A stretch of DNA of 64,000 bases from Fistulifera solaris (lineage: Eukaryota), in the NCBI GenBank assembly GCA_030295235.1, contig AP026176.1, positions 62,001 through 126,000 of the forward strand, read 5' to 3'. A program made the translations under genes and the position numbers. The notes beneath the pieces were generated by a model that worked only from the letters and a program-made list of their open reading frames with translations, was not told the origin of the DNA and ran no database searches. Below, piece by piece: positions 23,928-37,299 of the stretch (the stretch's first letter is position 1; every line of letters starts with the position of its first letter).

Positions 23928-24316
23928 TTTATGTGATACAACAACCAACAACAGACTGAACAGCTTTGAAGACAATAAGGAAACAAGCGCAATCTTTGCG
24001 GTGCCGCGTCGCTGGAAGAAAATGGCGCGAAACAGCGAAGTGCATCTGTCCGTCGTACGATTGTTAAGTGCGAGCGCCCTTCCTTCAACCGCATCGATGG
24101 GCGCGGGTCTGCGGATGACGTTTTTTCTTTTTTTGTTTTCTCATCGCGATCATTCATTTCCATTACAGTATTGATGTCCATCATCATCGCCTTATCTTCG
24201 GTGTCTTTTCTTTTCAGATACAATTACAAGTAGCTACCTCCACAAGATCTACCTACTAGATTGGATCGAGTGACGAACGAAACTGCCGAAGCATCTTGGA
24301 AAACAATCGTTCCAAA

Positions 24317-25651
24317 ATGACGACACCTCCTGCATCTTCCCAACGATCGGCACAAGTCGCTTCCTTCAAAGTCATGGACGTCTTACAACGCGCCAATGAA
24401 TTGCAAGCCGCCGGATACGATGTACTGCATTGTGAAGTAGGACAACCGGAAACGGGAGCCCCACACACCGTCCAACAAGCTGCTGTCGAAGCTTTACAAC
24501 ATCCGCACGACAATTTGGGTTACACCAACGCGTTTGGCTTGTCGGCTCTGCGATCGAAAGTCGCGGAACATTATTTGCACAAATATCAAATGAATGTTTC
24601 GATGGAACGAGTTGTCATTACGACCGGATCGTCGGGAGGTTTCTTGTTGGCGTTTACGGCTTGCTTTGATGTCGGTGATGCGGTCGCCATTGCTTCGTCC
24701 GGATACCCTTGTTATCGGAATATTTTACAAGCGCTGGGTTGTGAATTAGTGCATGTGCCGCTCAATGATGATTTTCAATTGACTGCAAATGAATTGTTGG
24801 CCGCTTTGGAAAAGACTCCGAAGATCAAAGGTTTGATTTTGAGTTCCCCCAGTAATCCGACGGGTGCCATGTTGTCACCAACGCAATTGCAAGAATTGTG
24901 TCAAGCATGTGATCAACATCAAATTCAATTCTTGTCGGATGAAATTTATCATGGTATATCCTACGGTAGTCAAAAGAAGCTACGGCAATTCAATTCTCCG
25001 ACAAGGCGGTCGTTTTGAATAGTTTTTCCAAGTATTATTCCAGTACGTCGAATGTATTGTTTTGCTCTCGATATGTGTACGAATTCATTCTCTCACAAAT
25101 ACTACCGTTCTTCATTTCTTTTCAAAGTGTCTGGATGGAGGTTGGGATGGATGGTCCTGCCAGAACATTTGATCGATGCCGTCAATAAATTGCAACAAAA
25201 CATGTTTATCAATGCACCCACGTTGTCGCAAACCGCGGCTCTGCAATGTTGGAATCCCGAAACAATTCAAGAATTGGAAGGTCACGTACAAAAATATCAT
25301 ACCAGTCGGCAAATTATTTTACAGGCGTTGACAAAATTGCCCGGAAAGCTGCATTGGGCACCCGCCGATGGAGGATTTTACGTCTATGTCGATTTGTTGG
25401 ATCATTTGGCGTTACCGCAGTTAGGTTCTACCACCTTTTGTTCCATGTTTTTGGAGGAACATCATGTCGCCTTTACACCCGGTATCGACTTTGAAGATCC
25501 TTCAACCGATATGGGGCACCGGCGGTTTCGTATTTCGTATGCGGGAGGTATTGAGACCGTGCGTCAAGCCATGGAGCGTTTACAACAGTTCTGGCCCAGT
25601 TGGTTGGATCGTGTTGAGAAAGCGAAAGAAGAAGAGACAAATACAGCATGA
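24317..25651 (+). CDS. PLP-dependent aminotransferase class I/II (aspartate aminotransferase-like)
   Basis: CEVGQP, ITTGSSGGF, SPSNPTG, SDEIYHG, spliced NSFSKYYSMSGWRLGW (PLP lysine), FRISYA. Intron 25043-25127; 1-bp loss at ~24973. Confidence 0.92.
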
Positions 25652-25774
25652 TATCAGTTCTATTCAACGAGAATTAAGTAAGGTACAATACGCATCCTAA
25701 AGGTATTATACACTTCACAGCAATACCAGTTTTCAGCGTGTGTAATAATCACTGCGTTTGTGTTCCACGTCGTC

Positions 25775-28546
25775 CTACATAATATGTTCTTGCACACGCT
25801 GTCGCTGTCTGGCACGGAACTGACCGCCAAAACCACCACCGTTTGCCTCCATGCCATTCTCGTCGTCTGAATCGTCGCCGGTGCCAACGGTACGCTTATT
25901 GCTTGTAGTTGTAGTAGTGGGTGCCTCGTCAGCAGGTCGTTCAGCCGGCAAATCATTGTTCAATAAAGTGGCCAACGCCATTTCGACCAAGTGCGGCGGA
26001 GGTTTGGCCACAATAGGCAAACGCAGCCGCGATGCCGGTAATAATAGCAACAGCGATCGTAACCATTCCGGACTTGTTTGAATTGCCACCATCATCGCAC
26101 TGGCAGGTCCAGCTGCGGCAGCGGCAGTCGAGGCGGTGGCACCGGCGGCACCTCGTTGTGGTTGCTGTTTTAGATCAAAGGCAAGTGCCCCACCATGGCG
26201 CTGGTCTTGGTGACGTTGTCTTTCATAATAACTGGCATCGCTGGCTCCACCGCTCCAATCTTCTTCGTCCTCGGGAAGATTCCAACGTCCAAAGACATCC
26301 TGATTGCCCCACCAACCAGAAACACTCAGAAGATCCACCGAGCGCTGCAATCCGTTGACAATTTTAGATGCCGTATCGTATCCTTCTTGTCTGACAAGCT
26401 GTTCCGATATTGATGCTTTTTCAGTTTGAGTGTGAATTACTCCAGTTCCGACATCCTCAACATCCGGGCCAAACAACGCCTGTCTCCTCTGAGCTTCCAT
26501 TTGATGCAAGCGTTTCACGTCTTCCGTACTCTTCACTAAAAAGTGCTCGAAATACATTTGCAAGTCTAGCAGTGCGCGTGTCGCTGCGCTGTTACTTGAA
26601 GCAGTGCTGTTGTTGTCTTTCGAGCATGCGGCCACGGCGCGTGTCAGAAGAGCTCGCAGATTGACTGGGTCATTGAGTTGCAACAACAGTGATGCATAAC
26701 GCAATACATAGGCTGGCTTTTGTAAAAAGACAGAATGCTTTCGTAGTCCTAGCTCATAGACTCTTGCGGCGATTTCAGGAGCGTGGTTCTGATGTTGCTC
26801 CATAGCCGCATGTGCCGCATACAAATGCCATGTGACGGGACCCGGGGAAATTACATGTTCCCCTGATGCTGGCGATACGGCGTGACTGGAATTGGCCGCC
26901 GACCATCGATTGGTAACAACCTTATTGCTGGTAGTCGTGTTTGATTCGAGCGCTACATCTGTCTTGCCGTTGCTGGCGCTGCCATCTTTGTCCTCTTGTG
27001 ACCGCAAGACACGTCTTCCTCGGGCAAATACTTGTCGTGCTGCTTCCATTCCACGATAGCGCCGTACCAATTGCTGTAATACAACAAAACCGAGCGTTGT
27101 GGGTGCTCGCTGAATATTTCGTTCCATGACTTGAATGCATTCCTCTTGATGTTGTGTGTTTTCAGAGGAAGGCTGCTGCGACGTCGAACATTGCAATTCC
27201 ACCAGCTGACTTTCCGCAATCGCCAAGAGAACTGCGTCGGGTATATAATGTTGTCCCAGTTGCAAAACACTCCTTTGACGTTCCAGCGATGATGTTGTGC
27301 TTTCCCACATACTCCACATGTGCCACGGTTCCACATGTCGCGTGAAGACACAAACGGCCGCTTGCCACCATCCCCGCAAACGCGTCGTGAGATCAGTGAC
27401 ATTCAACCGTTCCGGATTAGTCCTTTCGTAGGCCAACGCCGTTTTCCACACGTTCCATAAATCGCACTCTTCCTGACGGGCCTCATTGTCGGGCGGCGCC
27501 GCCAACCGCGTCCACCGCAAACTTTCGTACGCGTACACGCGACTGCGTTCCAAATAGACGGACCGTGCGTGTTGATATTTGGGTGCCCATTCTTGTACCA
27601 AAGCTTGCGCCAGTACTTCATTTTGTGCTTTTTCGAAGGCTTCGTATTCTTGCCACAAGCCATCCAACCCCGTCATGGGGTGGGTAATCAACTGCTGATA
27701 GGCACTGCGCAATTCCAACATTTGCTCGTGTCCTGGGGCGGTCGATATTTGAATCCACTGCAAATATCGTCTCCATAGTTCATGATTGTTGACGTGTCCC
27801 CCGGCGTATTTTAAAGCCATTTGAAACGCTTGATGCATGCGCGGACGTTGCTCTTCGGGGGCATTGGGAAATTGACGCGCCAGTGAACGCTGTTTGTTTT
27901 GTAAATGTAGCAGCCACAATGGAACATACCAATTGCAAATACCCGTAATCAGTGCGGCTGGCGGGACGGCAGCATTCTCTTCCGCTTCTTCGTCGCGGGG
28001 CACTAACTTGTTGAGCAACAAACGATCCAACGTTGCTTGTGCCTGCCGCGCCCGATACGTCATCCCCGCCACCACCCGAACGGTGGGACCGCCGTCTTCT
28101 CCAAACAGGGCACTGCATCGAAACAACAAGGTCGCCACCGACAACAAATGCTCGACCGCGTAGGGGAAATACTGCAATAAATGACCATAACAACTCATCA
28201 TCCAGTCCAATTGTGCGGTAGTTTCCGCATCAACCGCATGAATGTTGTGTAATTGTCGATAACACACTTGTACTTCAGTTAAAATCGCTTCCCACGCTTC
28301 AATATCGTGCTGCGGATCCGCTTGAATGCGTTGTAACGCATTTTGGTAACGACTATCCGGCGGTTGATGTTGCGGATACGGTGACGATAGAATGCGTGCC
28401 GGTAATTCCTCCACTACTTGTATAGCGAAGGCTTTCGCTAATACAGAATCTTGAACTACCTGTTCGTCCACATCTTCCATTTCTTCATCGTCATCATCCT
28501 CCTTGCGGAAGAGGATTTTGTTGTTGCTATTGCCGTTGAAACTCAT
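25775..28546 (-). CDS. CSTF3: Cleavage stimulation factor 77-kDa subunit (CstF77/Rna14/Suf)
   Basis: 923-aa ORF with HAT repeats (LWQEYEAFEK, WKTALAYERTNP, RRYRGMEAARQVFARGR, IAARVYELGLR) and a C-terminal FRARQRQRV. Confidence 0.85.
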   Translation of the reverse strand: MSFNGNSNNKILFRKEDDDDEEMEDVDEQVVQDSVLAKAFAIQVVEELPARILSSPYPQHQPPDSRYQNALQRIQADPQHDIEAWEAILTEVQVCYRQLHNIHAVDAETTAQLDWMMSCYGHLLQYFPYAVEHLLSVATLLFRCSALFGEDGGPTVRVVAGMTYRARQAQATLDRLLLNKLVPRDEEAEENAAVPPAALITGICNWYVPLWLLHLQNKQRSLARQFPNAPEEQRPRMHQAFQMALKYAGGHVNNHELWRRYLQWIQISTAPGHEQMLELRSAYQQLITHPMTGLDGLWQEYEAFEKAQNEVLAQALVQEWAPKYQHARSVYLERSRVYAYESLRWTRLAAPPDNEARQEECDLWNVWKTALAYERTNPERLNVTDLTTRLRGWWQAAVCVFTRHVEPWHMWSMWESTTSSLERQRSVLQLGQHYIPDAVLLAIAESQLVELQCSTSQQPSSENTQHQEECIQVMERNIQRAPTTLGFVVLQQLVRRYRGMEAARQVFARGRRVLRSQEDKDGSASNGKTDVALESNTTTSNKVVTNRWSAANSSHAVSPASGEHVISPGPVTWHLYAAHAAMEQHQNHAPEIAARVYELGLRKHSVFLQKPAYVLRYASLLLQLNDPVNLRALLTRAVAACSKDNNSTASSNSAATRALLDLQMYFEHFLVKSTEDVKRLHQMEAQRRQALFGPDVEDVGTGVIHTQTEKASISEQLVRQEGYDTASKIVNGLQRSVDLLSVSGWWGNQDVFGRWNLPEDEEDWSGGASDASYYERQRHQDQRHGGALAFDLKQQPQRGAAGATASTAAAAAGPASAMMVAIQTSPEWLRSLLLLLPASRLRLPIVAKPPPHLVEMALATLLNNDLPAERPADEAPTTTTTSNKRTVGTGDDSDDENGMEANGGGFGGQFRARQRQRVQEHIM

Positions 28547-30293
28547 TTTTATAGCTGAATATTCGCAGGAGTACAGCCGAGAATGTCAGCAAACTAGAGA
28601 CAGACTGTATGTTGGGGGGAAAGAGAGTAGTTGACTCAACAAAAGCTGCTCTTTGTGCCTATTTCCCTTGCCGCCGTTGATTATTATGTCATGGTCGGCT
28701 ATTTTTTCCCTCGCACCGTTGCTGCGTGCAGACAGACGGAGCACCGACTGTGTTTCGTTCACTATCCTGCACAGTGTAGGCGACCCTTTCAATCGACCAA
28801 GAAAGGTTGCTTCACGTTGGAAATGCTAGAGCACGCAACATTCTCAATAGTAGTCCCATCAGCTATTCGCTGGCTTTGTAGCGTATTTAAGGAGCTACAT
28901 GCATAGGTCGAAGCATGAATAAATAATGACGTCGAAACTGTGAGTTTGGATAACATGTGCCCAACTCCGCAATGGTTGATTTTCGAAGAAATCAACGAAT
29001 AATTTTCGCTCATATCGAGGCAAAACATAAGCCGTATCCATATGCGACCCAATTGGTTGCATGCGAACCGATTAGTCTTAGTTTTGGAGCAGGATACAAG
29101 TAAGCTAGTGGTTCGACAAATTAACTGGTCAGCTTATACTTCATCTTAGTTATCATTTCTTTGGTTGATGTGTCGCTAGAGATTTAACAGCTAATTTATT
29201 TCGTTATGCTCTAGAAATAATGATACGAGGTATTTTGTGAGAGAACAAGCAAGACATCAAATAATCGGCTTCAGCAAGAATCTCCTTAAGCGAGAAAAGT
29301 GTCTGAAATCTCAAAATACCTCTAGTCTACAGTCTACAGCAAAAGCAACTTCAAATCGTAAGCAGAGGCTTGCAGTTGAACAATCAGGAACAAATCCGAT
29401 GGTGCGATAACTAGACCGCACAGTCGCAGAACGAAGAACACAAAGCAGGACGCACGATGCAAGCCCCCGTCATCTGGCTACATCATTACGGAGTACGGAG
29501 TATTATTTAGGAGACTAAAATAATGGTCTTGCCTCGTACCCGTTCTCTGTTCTTTTCTTCTCTCCCCCCCTGCATGTGTCTCGCCACGCGCCACTTTCGA
29601 CTTGCGACGACGAGCCTTCCGAAATTAAGTGCGATTGATGACTGATGACTGATGACCATTGACCATTGACCAACAAAAGAGGGATCGAGAGTCGAGAGTC
29701 GCGAGCGAGAGAATCCCAGGAAAATTATAGTGTTGATATCAGTAGGGGATCATTTGAAGTCAGAAATTTGTGGCTCCCAACGAAGTCCGATTCCGCATAC
29801 CAAAAGGCGAAGAAGAAGAACGCAATCCGGCTTCTGCATCTTTTACTCAACGGCTCAATGGATTCTACTCTCACTACTTATTTGCCATTAATAAAGTTCG
29901 AACGAGAGAAGAACAACGGTTTTTTCTACTCGAGTTGAATTGCCCTTTATTGGTCAATTGCCCCTTCCTGACGTTTTGTAGTAGTATAACAAGAAGTTTG
30001 TCAGTGCCACGATCAGACATTCTGAATGACTTGATCCAGGGAAGTCTATGCAGTCATTTTGCTGTTTTTATTATGCCCAAAATGAATGTCTTCAAGTTTA
30101 GAAGCGCAAGTTCGCTTTCCCGTCTTCGTATCGCTTCCAAAAGGAGACACGAAGCACGACACCCCAAAACACAAGTGCAAGGTCAAAACACTTTCTTCGC
30201 CTTTATTCATAACTTTGTAATTCAAGCTTGAGGGTTTCACCTCACTTTTGTTTTGCTATCGCAACATTCAACCTTAAAAGTAAAGGCGAAGAG

Positions 30294-31402
30294 ATGAAAC
30301 GTAACCGCTTGCCCGACTCTGAAGCGGACGGGCAGGCCAATGAACGTAATAAAGAGACTGCGCAACCCTCTGCGTCTTCTTTGGAAGCACCAACAAAGGC
30401 TAAGAATCTCCGAACGTTTCCTCACCGGCTTTACAGCCTTTTAAATGACAAACAGTACGAAAACGCCATCATGTGGAGCTCGGATGGCAAGTCGTTCGGG
30501 TAAGTACACTTGTTCATGTATTGTTGTTGATGCAACTCATGACGATATCTAATTTTGGTACTAACAGGGTGATGCCCCTCGAGTTTACTAACTTAGTCCT
30601 TAACGTTCATTTTCGTGGGTCCCAATTTGAGTCATTTATCCGAAAGTTGAATCGCTGGTGCTTCACACGAAACTCGGTTAATTCAGAGTTCCCCGTTTAT
30701 GCCGTGGTTCATAGTCATCCACTGTTCCAAAGAGGACGACCCGATTTGCTGGAAGCAATGGTATGCGTGAGTAAGAACAAGAAAAGAAAAGAGGACCACA
30801 GCTACTCGGAAGAAGCCAAGGAGGCTGCTGTGCCGCCGAGTGTGGCAGCGAGTGGTGGGGTTATTGATCAGCTGACAGCTTCCTTGCTCCCCCGTGACGG
30901 ACTCGATCCGGATCTAGCTAGAGAAGCCACTCTAGCTCAAAATATTCGTTTGGCTCAAATGCTACGTGGAGGAATGCAGAACACAATTCCACAGTTTTCA
31001 GTAAACCAACACAGTCTTCTCTCTCTAGCATCAAGTAACCCTCCTTCAATTGGACAGGTCGAATCACTTTTGCTGCTAGAGCAAGAGCGTTTGGCCATGG
31101 CACGAAACAGAAACGTGGTGAATTCTCGATTGAGTCAGATGGAGTACCTGTTGCGTAATGCTGGTATAGATCCATTACTAGGTCCGTCCCGCTTCCCGAA
31201 CCTTCTTCGTGGAGGAGGATTCGAGCCGTCGATCCCGTCGGGAGTAAACTCTGCATTCGCTCCACCGATGCTAGTAAGTCAAGCTCCGGGGCCGATAGCA
31301 CGATTATTGTTTTCCAGGTTGCAACAGAACAGAGGCCAAGGCGATTTTCCCCATGATTCGAACGCCGCCTTTCTTCCGCGTGATGATCCCCATGCCGGAT
31401 AA
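30294..31402 (+). CDS. Heat shock factor-type transcription factor
   Basis: TFPHRLYSLL...AIMWSSDGKSFG; intron 30500-30567; F...QFESFIRKLNRWCF...HPLFQRGRPDLL (HSF DNA-binding domain), then a low-complexity tail. Confidence 0.9.
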
Positions 31403-31533
31403 AAATATCTCCACCAAGCTGATTGAATAGTGCTATAAACCCTCCCTTTACACTTTTGAACAGGGACTAACTGTCCACATCTGGTGGTAATCCCCTACTT
31501 TTTGATACTTCGTAAACAACTATAACCCAATTT

Positions 31534-33380
31534 TCACCGCTTTACATCGTCTCCGACTCCTAAGAAATGCAAAGCATGTTCGTATCGACTGAGTGTATGA
31601 TCTTGAAGCATGTTCCCATCGATAAAAATACCCATCTTCGACAGCTTTCGTGGATCGCAGACTTTGGCATTGTAGGATATTCGATCGTCGTCGGGACTTT
31701 TAGACTCGTCCGTTCGTTGTATCCACAAAACATTGGATGCGGGAATTTCTAGTATGGGAGCACCCGCCTTGGGAGGCAATCGCTTGGTCTTTGCCTCCTG
31801 AACTAATTTTACAAGCTTTTCGTCCGGATCGGATCGGCGTGCAAAAACCTTGACTTTCTGCCAGAGTCTTGGACGTTGGTTGCCTACCGCGCTGAGGCTG
31901 GCCAGTAAATGCCGAACTGAATCCACGGATAAAAAGGGTACAACATCGCGATCGTAAATGTAAGCGGTACAAGAATTCAATGCGGATTTCGGAACAAACT
32001 CCAAAGGAGAAAACACGGGAGGCGTTGCGTAAGCAAAGCATCGAACGTTGCGCCCTTCCACTAATTTCCGTTCATCTTGATGACACAAAATATGCAACAG
32101 GCATGCGGTTCCGGCACCTAAGGAGTGACCGGTCAAAACCAGCTCATAATTCTCATTCGACCGCAGCACTTTCATTACCGTCTCTCGCGCCGCTTCCCAA
32201 ACGCGCTCCGCCATGTTGGCCATTTCGGCGTGCGCTTCTCCTCCGCAAAACGGTCGCGACTGCGCCGCTACATCCACCACAATTTCCGAAAACGAAAATG
32301 TCCCGCGAATCGCTAAAACGACTTGTTGATTGATATGATCGACGGCCACAAAATGCCGCAAATGATATCCCTCCGTATCATGATCCAAATCCAACGAAAC
32401 AATGTCTTCTTCTGGCACACCAACATGATCGCTCACGAGTGTCCGTGTCATGCTATTGGCGCGACTATCGAAACGTCCATCAATACCAATTTGCACCGAT
32501 CGTATCATATTATTTCCATAAGCGGCGGTCGCGTATTTCATGAATCTGGATTGAAAAGCGAATGTCAGATAGATTCAGTAATAAATAAGATTTAAGCACA
32601 TGAGATAATACTTTCTTACCGATATGACTCTTCTTCCGTGGGTACATTCTTGGATGCATTCTCTTTCAAGGCTTCATCGCGCCGATCGCCCACAACGAGA
32701 TACTGCTGAATTTCCCGTAACGCCAATATATTTCCCAACAACCGCAACGACAATGCCTTGGTAATTTCCAAATCAATTTCGGTCGTTTTGAGATAGTCAC
32801 GAAAGGCTTGTATCGTCGGCTGAAGGCGTTCAAATTGCGATCGATCGGACCACAAATTGGTCACCGAACTGGACAAAAGCCCGCCACCGAAAACACATCG
32901 GCAACCCCCCGCCGCCAGCCTTGTTCAATGGATCGTTGCAATCGTTTTCCTTTACTGCGCCAAGTAGGATCTTTCATAGATTTTTTAATGTTTTCTCGTT
33001 CCGATTCGTCGAGGGGCAATTGATTTTCCAAAGTCTCTTCTTCGGTAGAAGCCGTGCTGTTCGTGTCATCGTCGCGTTTGACGCGTCCCGTGCTTCCTCC
33101 TGTCGCAAAATAAGTCCGCAATGGTTCGACTAATGCATTCTTTTTGCGATACGGAATTGAACGAAATCGATTGGGTACAACGGCCGCGGTCGACATGCCC
33201 ACCGCCAAGAAAGGCGTTCGACTGAATTGCCGGCCGCCAGACGGTCGAGCCGTCAAAAGAAAAAGCGCCCAAGAGAGTTGTCATGGTCATGGTTATTATC
33301 CACATGGATGTAAAACACTGACGAATGCAGCAAGCATTGACAACACAAGTATCACTGAAGCGATCGATCTTTCGATGCAT
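31534..33380 (-). CDS. Class 3 lipase (diacylglycerol-lipase-like); start uncertain
   Basis: VVLAIRGT, AHAEM, LTGHSLGAG, DVVP, DH...Y. Intron ~32619-32549; the upstream part is in shifted frames (indels at ~32875 and ~33260). Confidence 0.82.
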
Positions 33381-34269
33381 TTCTTTTTCGTGCAAATAAC
33401 GGGTGCGTGAAACGCAAGGTGTCTCACGACTCAAAGCAGTCACAAAAAAAAGTAATATACACTTTCCTCTATTGTAGAACTCGTGCGGACGTTTGATTGG
33501 TGGAAAAAATCGTCGTCAAAAGTATACTCTTTAGTCTATAGTGTATACAATCGAAAACGATGCACTAACCTTCCTTGGCACTAACATCATCTCAACATAA
33601 AAATCAAGATATGCACAGCCATTTTTTTAAGGAATTGGATGCCATCCTTTCTAAAACAATGATGTCACTTCTGATCATCAGACGACGGAGATTCATGGTA
33701 CCCAGTAGCAGTCCGGCTTGGCAAAATATTGGTTCGGGACTCATGACTGGTGTGTCCAGTCGTGGTATTCTGCAGCTACACTTTGAACTATAGAAAAGAT
33801 TCATTTAGTATTCGGACTCCCGTACCGGTACTGGATTCTTTTTCTTGTTTCTGATTTCACTGACACAGAAAATGGTTCCGAAATTCCGAACGTCGATACA
33901 ATCAGTACACGAAAAAGCATCCCATTTTCCCAACAACGTGAAAACGAGCGATCCTTCATCATTATTTGGTTGGATTTTTCGCGGAGAAATTACTCATGAG
34001 CAACGAGAGAATCATTTGATGCTAAAACACTTTCTATAAAGTCCATGTGTTTGAAACAATAGCGACAAAGGTCGACAGTGAAAGAAAGTTCGTCGGTCGT
34101 CTAATCTTTTGACCAGCCGGTTCGTGATCCATTGCGTTAGACATCCATTTCACAAGGAAAACCTTGATTGTCAGGTTCTTTTGTTCATTGACTCTCTTGA
34201 TGTCATCTCTTTTCATATTTTACAATTCGGTACCCTTTCATCAGGCCTCGCAATTGTGGATCGACGAAG

Positions 34270-35058
34270 ATGATCAAGGCAAGCACGCAACCCTGCTCAT
34301 CACCACTTCGGGAACGAAGTATCATTTGTCAACTAGCGACACCCAAAGCACCCCGCCCCGTGAAGCGTCTTCATGAGATTGCGTCATTCTTTCCAACTAT
34401 GGAAAGTCTGGACGACAAAATGAACCAAGAAAACACGAAGTGCGACCTTCTCTGCAAGACGTCGGACAAGGCATTGAAGCTTACCAACCCGTATGCGAAT
34501 ATTCCCAAAACGCCGGATGATCAGCAGCTTGTTCACAGGCGTCGCTCAAAAAGAGGACACGAAATGAAGTTTCCCACTCAATTTCAAAATCCTTTGGAAG
34601 CACCACCAAGTCTTGAGTTACCATTCATCCTTCCTTTGGACGAAACTCCAATCAAGAAAGAGAATGAAAAGAACGGCGCTGGCGACGATCTGTCGCAGAA
34701 AGGATCCATCACTACTCTAAAAATAGATTCGAATGAAGTTGACAGCTTCTTGACTTGCAGTACTATGGACTCTGTTGACTATCGAGTGCGTCATGCGAGG
34801 GATAAACCATCTATGACGGTAACCGGTCAAGCTCAAACACGCTACCCCAGCCGAGTTCAAGTGCTCGTGCGCACCAAATCAGTCCTTTCCAGCTGCAGCG
34901 ACTTGTCAGATGAGGAGTATGATGTTGCATTGCAAGAAAAGCCGTTACCCGTTGTAGATATCCTGTTCAAACAGCGGAAAGCATCGACGGCAACGAAAAC
35001 AATGCATCGTTGCATTCGCAACGTTTCATCGAATGTTGCGATGAACCCAGCAGCTTGA
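34270..35058 (+). CDS. Hypothetical low-complexity protein
   Basis: 262-aa ORF with S/T/K/D-rich composition, convergent with SMU1; no domain recognised. Confidence 0.5.
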   Translation: MIKASTQPCSSPLRERSIICQLATPKAPRPVKRLHEIASFFPTMESLDDKMNQENTKCDLLCKTSDKALKLTNPYANIPKTPDDQQLVHRRRSKRGHEMKFPTQFQNPLEAPPSLELPFILPLDETPIKKENEKNGAGDDLSQKGSITTLKIDSNEVDSFLTCSTMDSVDYRVRHARDKPSMTVTGQAQTRYPSRVQVLVRTKSVLSSCSDLSDEEYDVALQEKPLPVVDILFKQRKASTATKTMHRCIRNVSSNVAMNPAA

Positions 35059-35162
35059 TGAAATGGCATTTGCGGAATCTTTTTCTTTTTTGTGATAGTG
35101 ATAAAGATGCAATAGCATCTATGAAGGGTATAACAAACCATATTTTGCGAATCATCTAGCGT

Positions 35163-37007
35163 TCATTTCCACAGCACCAGTTTTCCCTTGGATTGTCGCT
35201 TGTCGTTGCTAAACGCCCCGAGTATGTGTTTATAAGGGTGATAAAGCATGGCAGAGATTTCTGCACCTTGTCCTTCCTTTAATCGAGAGCCTTGTGTTCC
35301 AAAATCGCGAATTGACGAAACGAGTTCTCCGGTCTTCACGTGGAACACGGCACATTCACCATTTTCTTGCACCGCATACAAGGTATGTTGAGATGATGAC
35401 ACGGTCGCGGCCACCATAACGGTGGGAGTCACAAAGCGCTGCTCCACTGTTCCTTCTAAGGTCACGGCGAACGCCACAGTACTGCGCGGAACAATCAAGA
35501 GCTTTTTGTTCTGCAGAGGAATCACAGTAATCACCGGCATTGTGTCAGTTCCATCCGTAAACGTGTTCACTACCATACTCTGACCCACTGCAGAATGATC
35601 GCGTGGCTGTAGAATATTTACACTTTCCCCGGTGGATTGATTCCAAATTCGGACGGTTCCATCCCCGCTACTCGTCACTACAGACATTTCTTCGTCGTCG
35701 GAAATATAAAGACACGATGTAATGTAAGATGTATGTCCCAGAAACTCTTTCGCACAGTGAGCCTTGAATTTGGTTCGACTTCCTTGTCCATCTAGCTTCA
35801 GCTCTTTTATATTGTATTCCCTCACGACCGAGCCGCTCGCCACCAAAAGGTGTCGATCACTGTCAAGTCTAAAGCACAACGAGATGACGGATTCCTTCCC
35901 TACCAACGAGATTTTTTCTAAAGACGATCCTGTTCTTAAGCTCCACAGCACGACAGTCCCGTCCACGGCCCCACTCGCCAGATACTTGCCAATGCTGGAA
36001 ATAGCGAGTGCCGTGACCGCGACATCATGTCCCATGAGTTTGTCTTCCTTTTGGTATTCATAGTCTTGAATATTGAGTTTCGAGTATTGCTGACGACCAT
36101 CCCAGATCTCGATCAATCCATCCGAGGATCCGGTAATCAAGTTGGCACCGTCGGGTGTAAAGACGGCCGCTTCACAGGTGGCTTTCTTACCAAACGAAAT
36201 TGTGGAATATACATCTTGGGGAATGGGCTCCATTTCGTTCGGTACATACTGATCCAGATCATCGACCGCGACAACCTCTCCACGAACGCTCCCCAGTACC
36301 AAATCAAACTGCTTCTTGCGCTTTTTGCGTTTCGTTTCGTTTTTGTTGTCATCGTCATCATCGTATTGCTTCGTTTGCGGCAACATGCCCGTATGCGACT
36401 GCCACTGTACCGCCTGTTGCAACAACATTGGTAGACGTTGACGCGGATGCGATGGCACCCAATCTTCGATCAGTTCTGCCAAGCGCTCTCGCGAGGCTTT
36501 TAAGGAACCACCTTCGTAATACTGATACGGCACGTGCGCGTGCGGATTCGTTTGTCGTACCGCCGCCAAGGCCGCGAGTTTCTGTTCAACCAAACGACCC
36601 CATGTCGTCGTCGTCCCTAATTCCGTATCAGGAATCGACTGCTCGTGTAGAAACGGCTGCACGCACCGATAGGTCGCGTACGCGACATCCCATTCTCCTT
36701 GATCGGCCAATTCTAATATTGTACATACATACGCTTGCGCTTGCAGTGCCGGCACGTGCGGATTCCGCTGGGGATCCAAGGCTTCCAGTGCCGTCAACAC
36801 CGCATCCCATTGTCCCGTTTGAATCCATTGCGGCAACGCATCTTTGACAAAACTGGCCGCTAAACCAACCTTCGTTTCTTGTTGCAACGTCCGTGCGGTG
36901 TGATGATGTCCTTGTTCCGTCAAATGCGCTCCAATGAGACGTAAAATGTCGTCGGATTTGATTTCCAGTGTATGGTTGGTATGCTTTGCTTTGAAAAACT
37001 GGCTCAT
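35163..37007 (-). CDS. SMU1: SMU1-like spliceosomal LisH/CTLH + WD40 protein
   Basis: EIKSDDILRLIGAHL..TLQQETKV, PRQRLPMLLQQAVQWQ, ISFGKKATCEAAVFTPDG..LITGSSDGLIEIWD, KEFLGHTSY, ends LVLWK. Confidence 0.88.
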   Translation of the reverse strand: MSQFFKAKHTNHTLEIKSDDILRLIGAHLTEQGHHHTARTLQQETKVGLAASFVKDALPQWIQTGQWDAVLTALEALDPQRNPHVPALQAQAYVCTILELADQGEWDVAYATYRCVQPFLHEQSIPDTELGTTTTWGRLVEQKLAALAAVRQTNPHAHVPYQYYEGGSLKASRERLAELIEDWVPSHPRQRLPMLLQQAVQWQSHTGMLPQTKQYDDDDDNKNETKRKKRKKQFDLVLGSVRGEVVAVDDLDQYVPNEMEPIPQDVYSTISFGKKATCEAAVFTPDGANLITGSSDGLIEIWDGRQQYSKLNIQDYEYQKEDKLMGHDVAVTALAISSIGKYLASGAVDGTVVLWSLRTGSSLEKISLVGKESVISLCFRLDSDRHLLVASGSVVREYNIKELKLDGQGSRTKFKAHCAKEFLGHTSYITSCLYISDDEEMSVVTSSGDGTVRIWNQSTGESVNILQPRDHSAVGQSMVVNTFTDGTDTMPVITVIPLQNKKLLIVPRSTVAFAVTLEGTVEQRFVTPTVMVAATVSSSQHTLYAVQENGECAVFHVKTGELVSSIRDFGTQGSRLKEGQGAEISAMLYHPYKHILGAFSNDKRQSKGKLVLWK

Positions 37008-37299
37008 TTTTGGATAGACTAATATAGCTTGAATACACCGTAATAATAAGTTTTACTCCGTATTACTTTTATATGTTTGTCGTTGTTGCTGAAAGTACTA
37101 TTTATACCGTTGGACGGAGTACGGTACTTATCAAACGAGCCTGACTACAACCGACTGACTATTTGATTTGAGTCCCGAACTGCATCCACGAAGCTTTGGT
37201 GCTTACAAAGTACGGAGTACCAGGTACTCCGGAGTACAAGTATTCTTTCGATCAAATCAGATAATGTTCTTGCTAAACAGCCGCTTGCAGTTAGTTGGG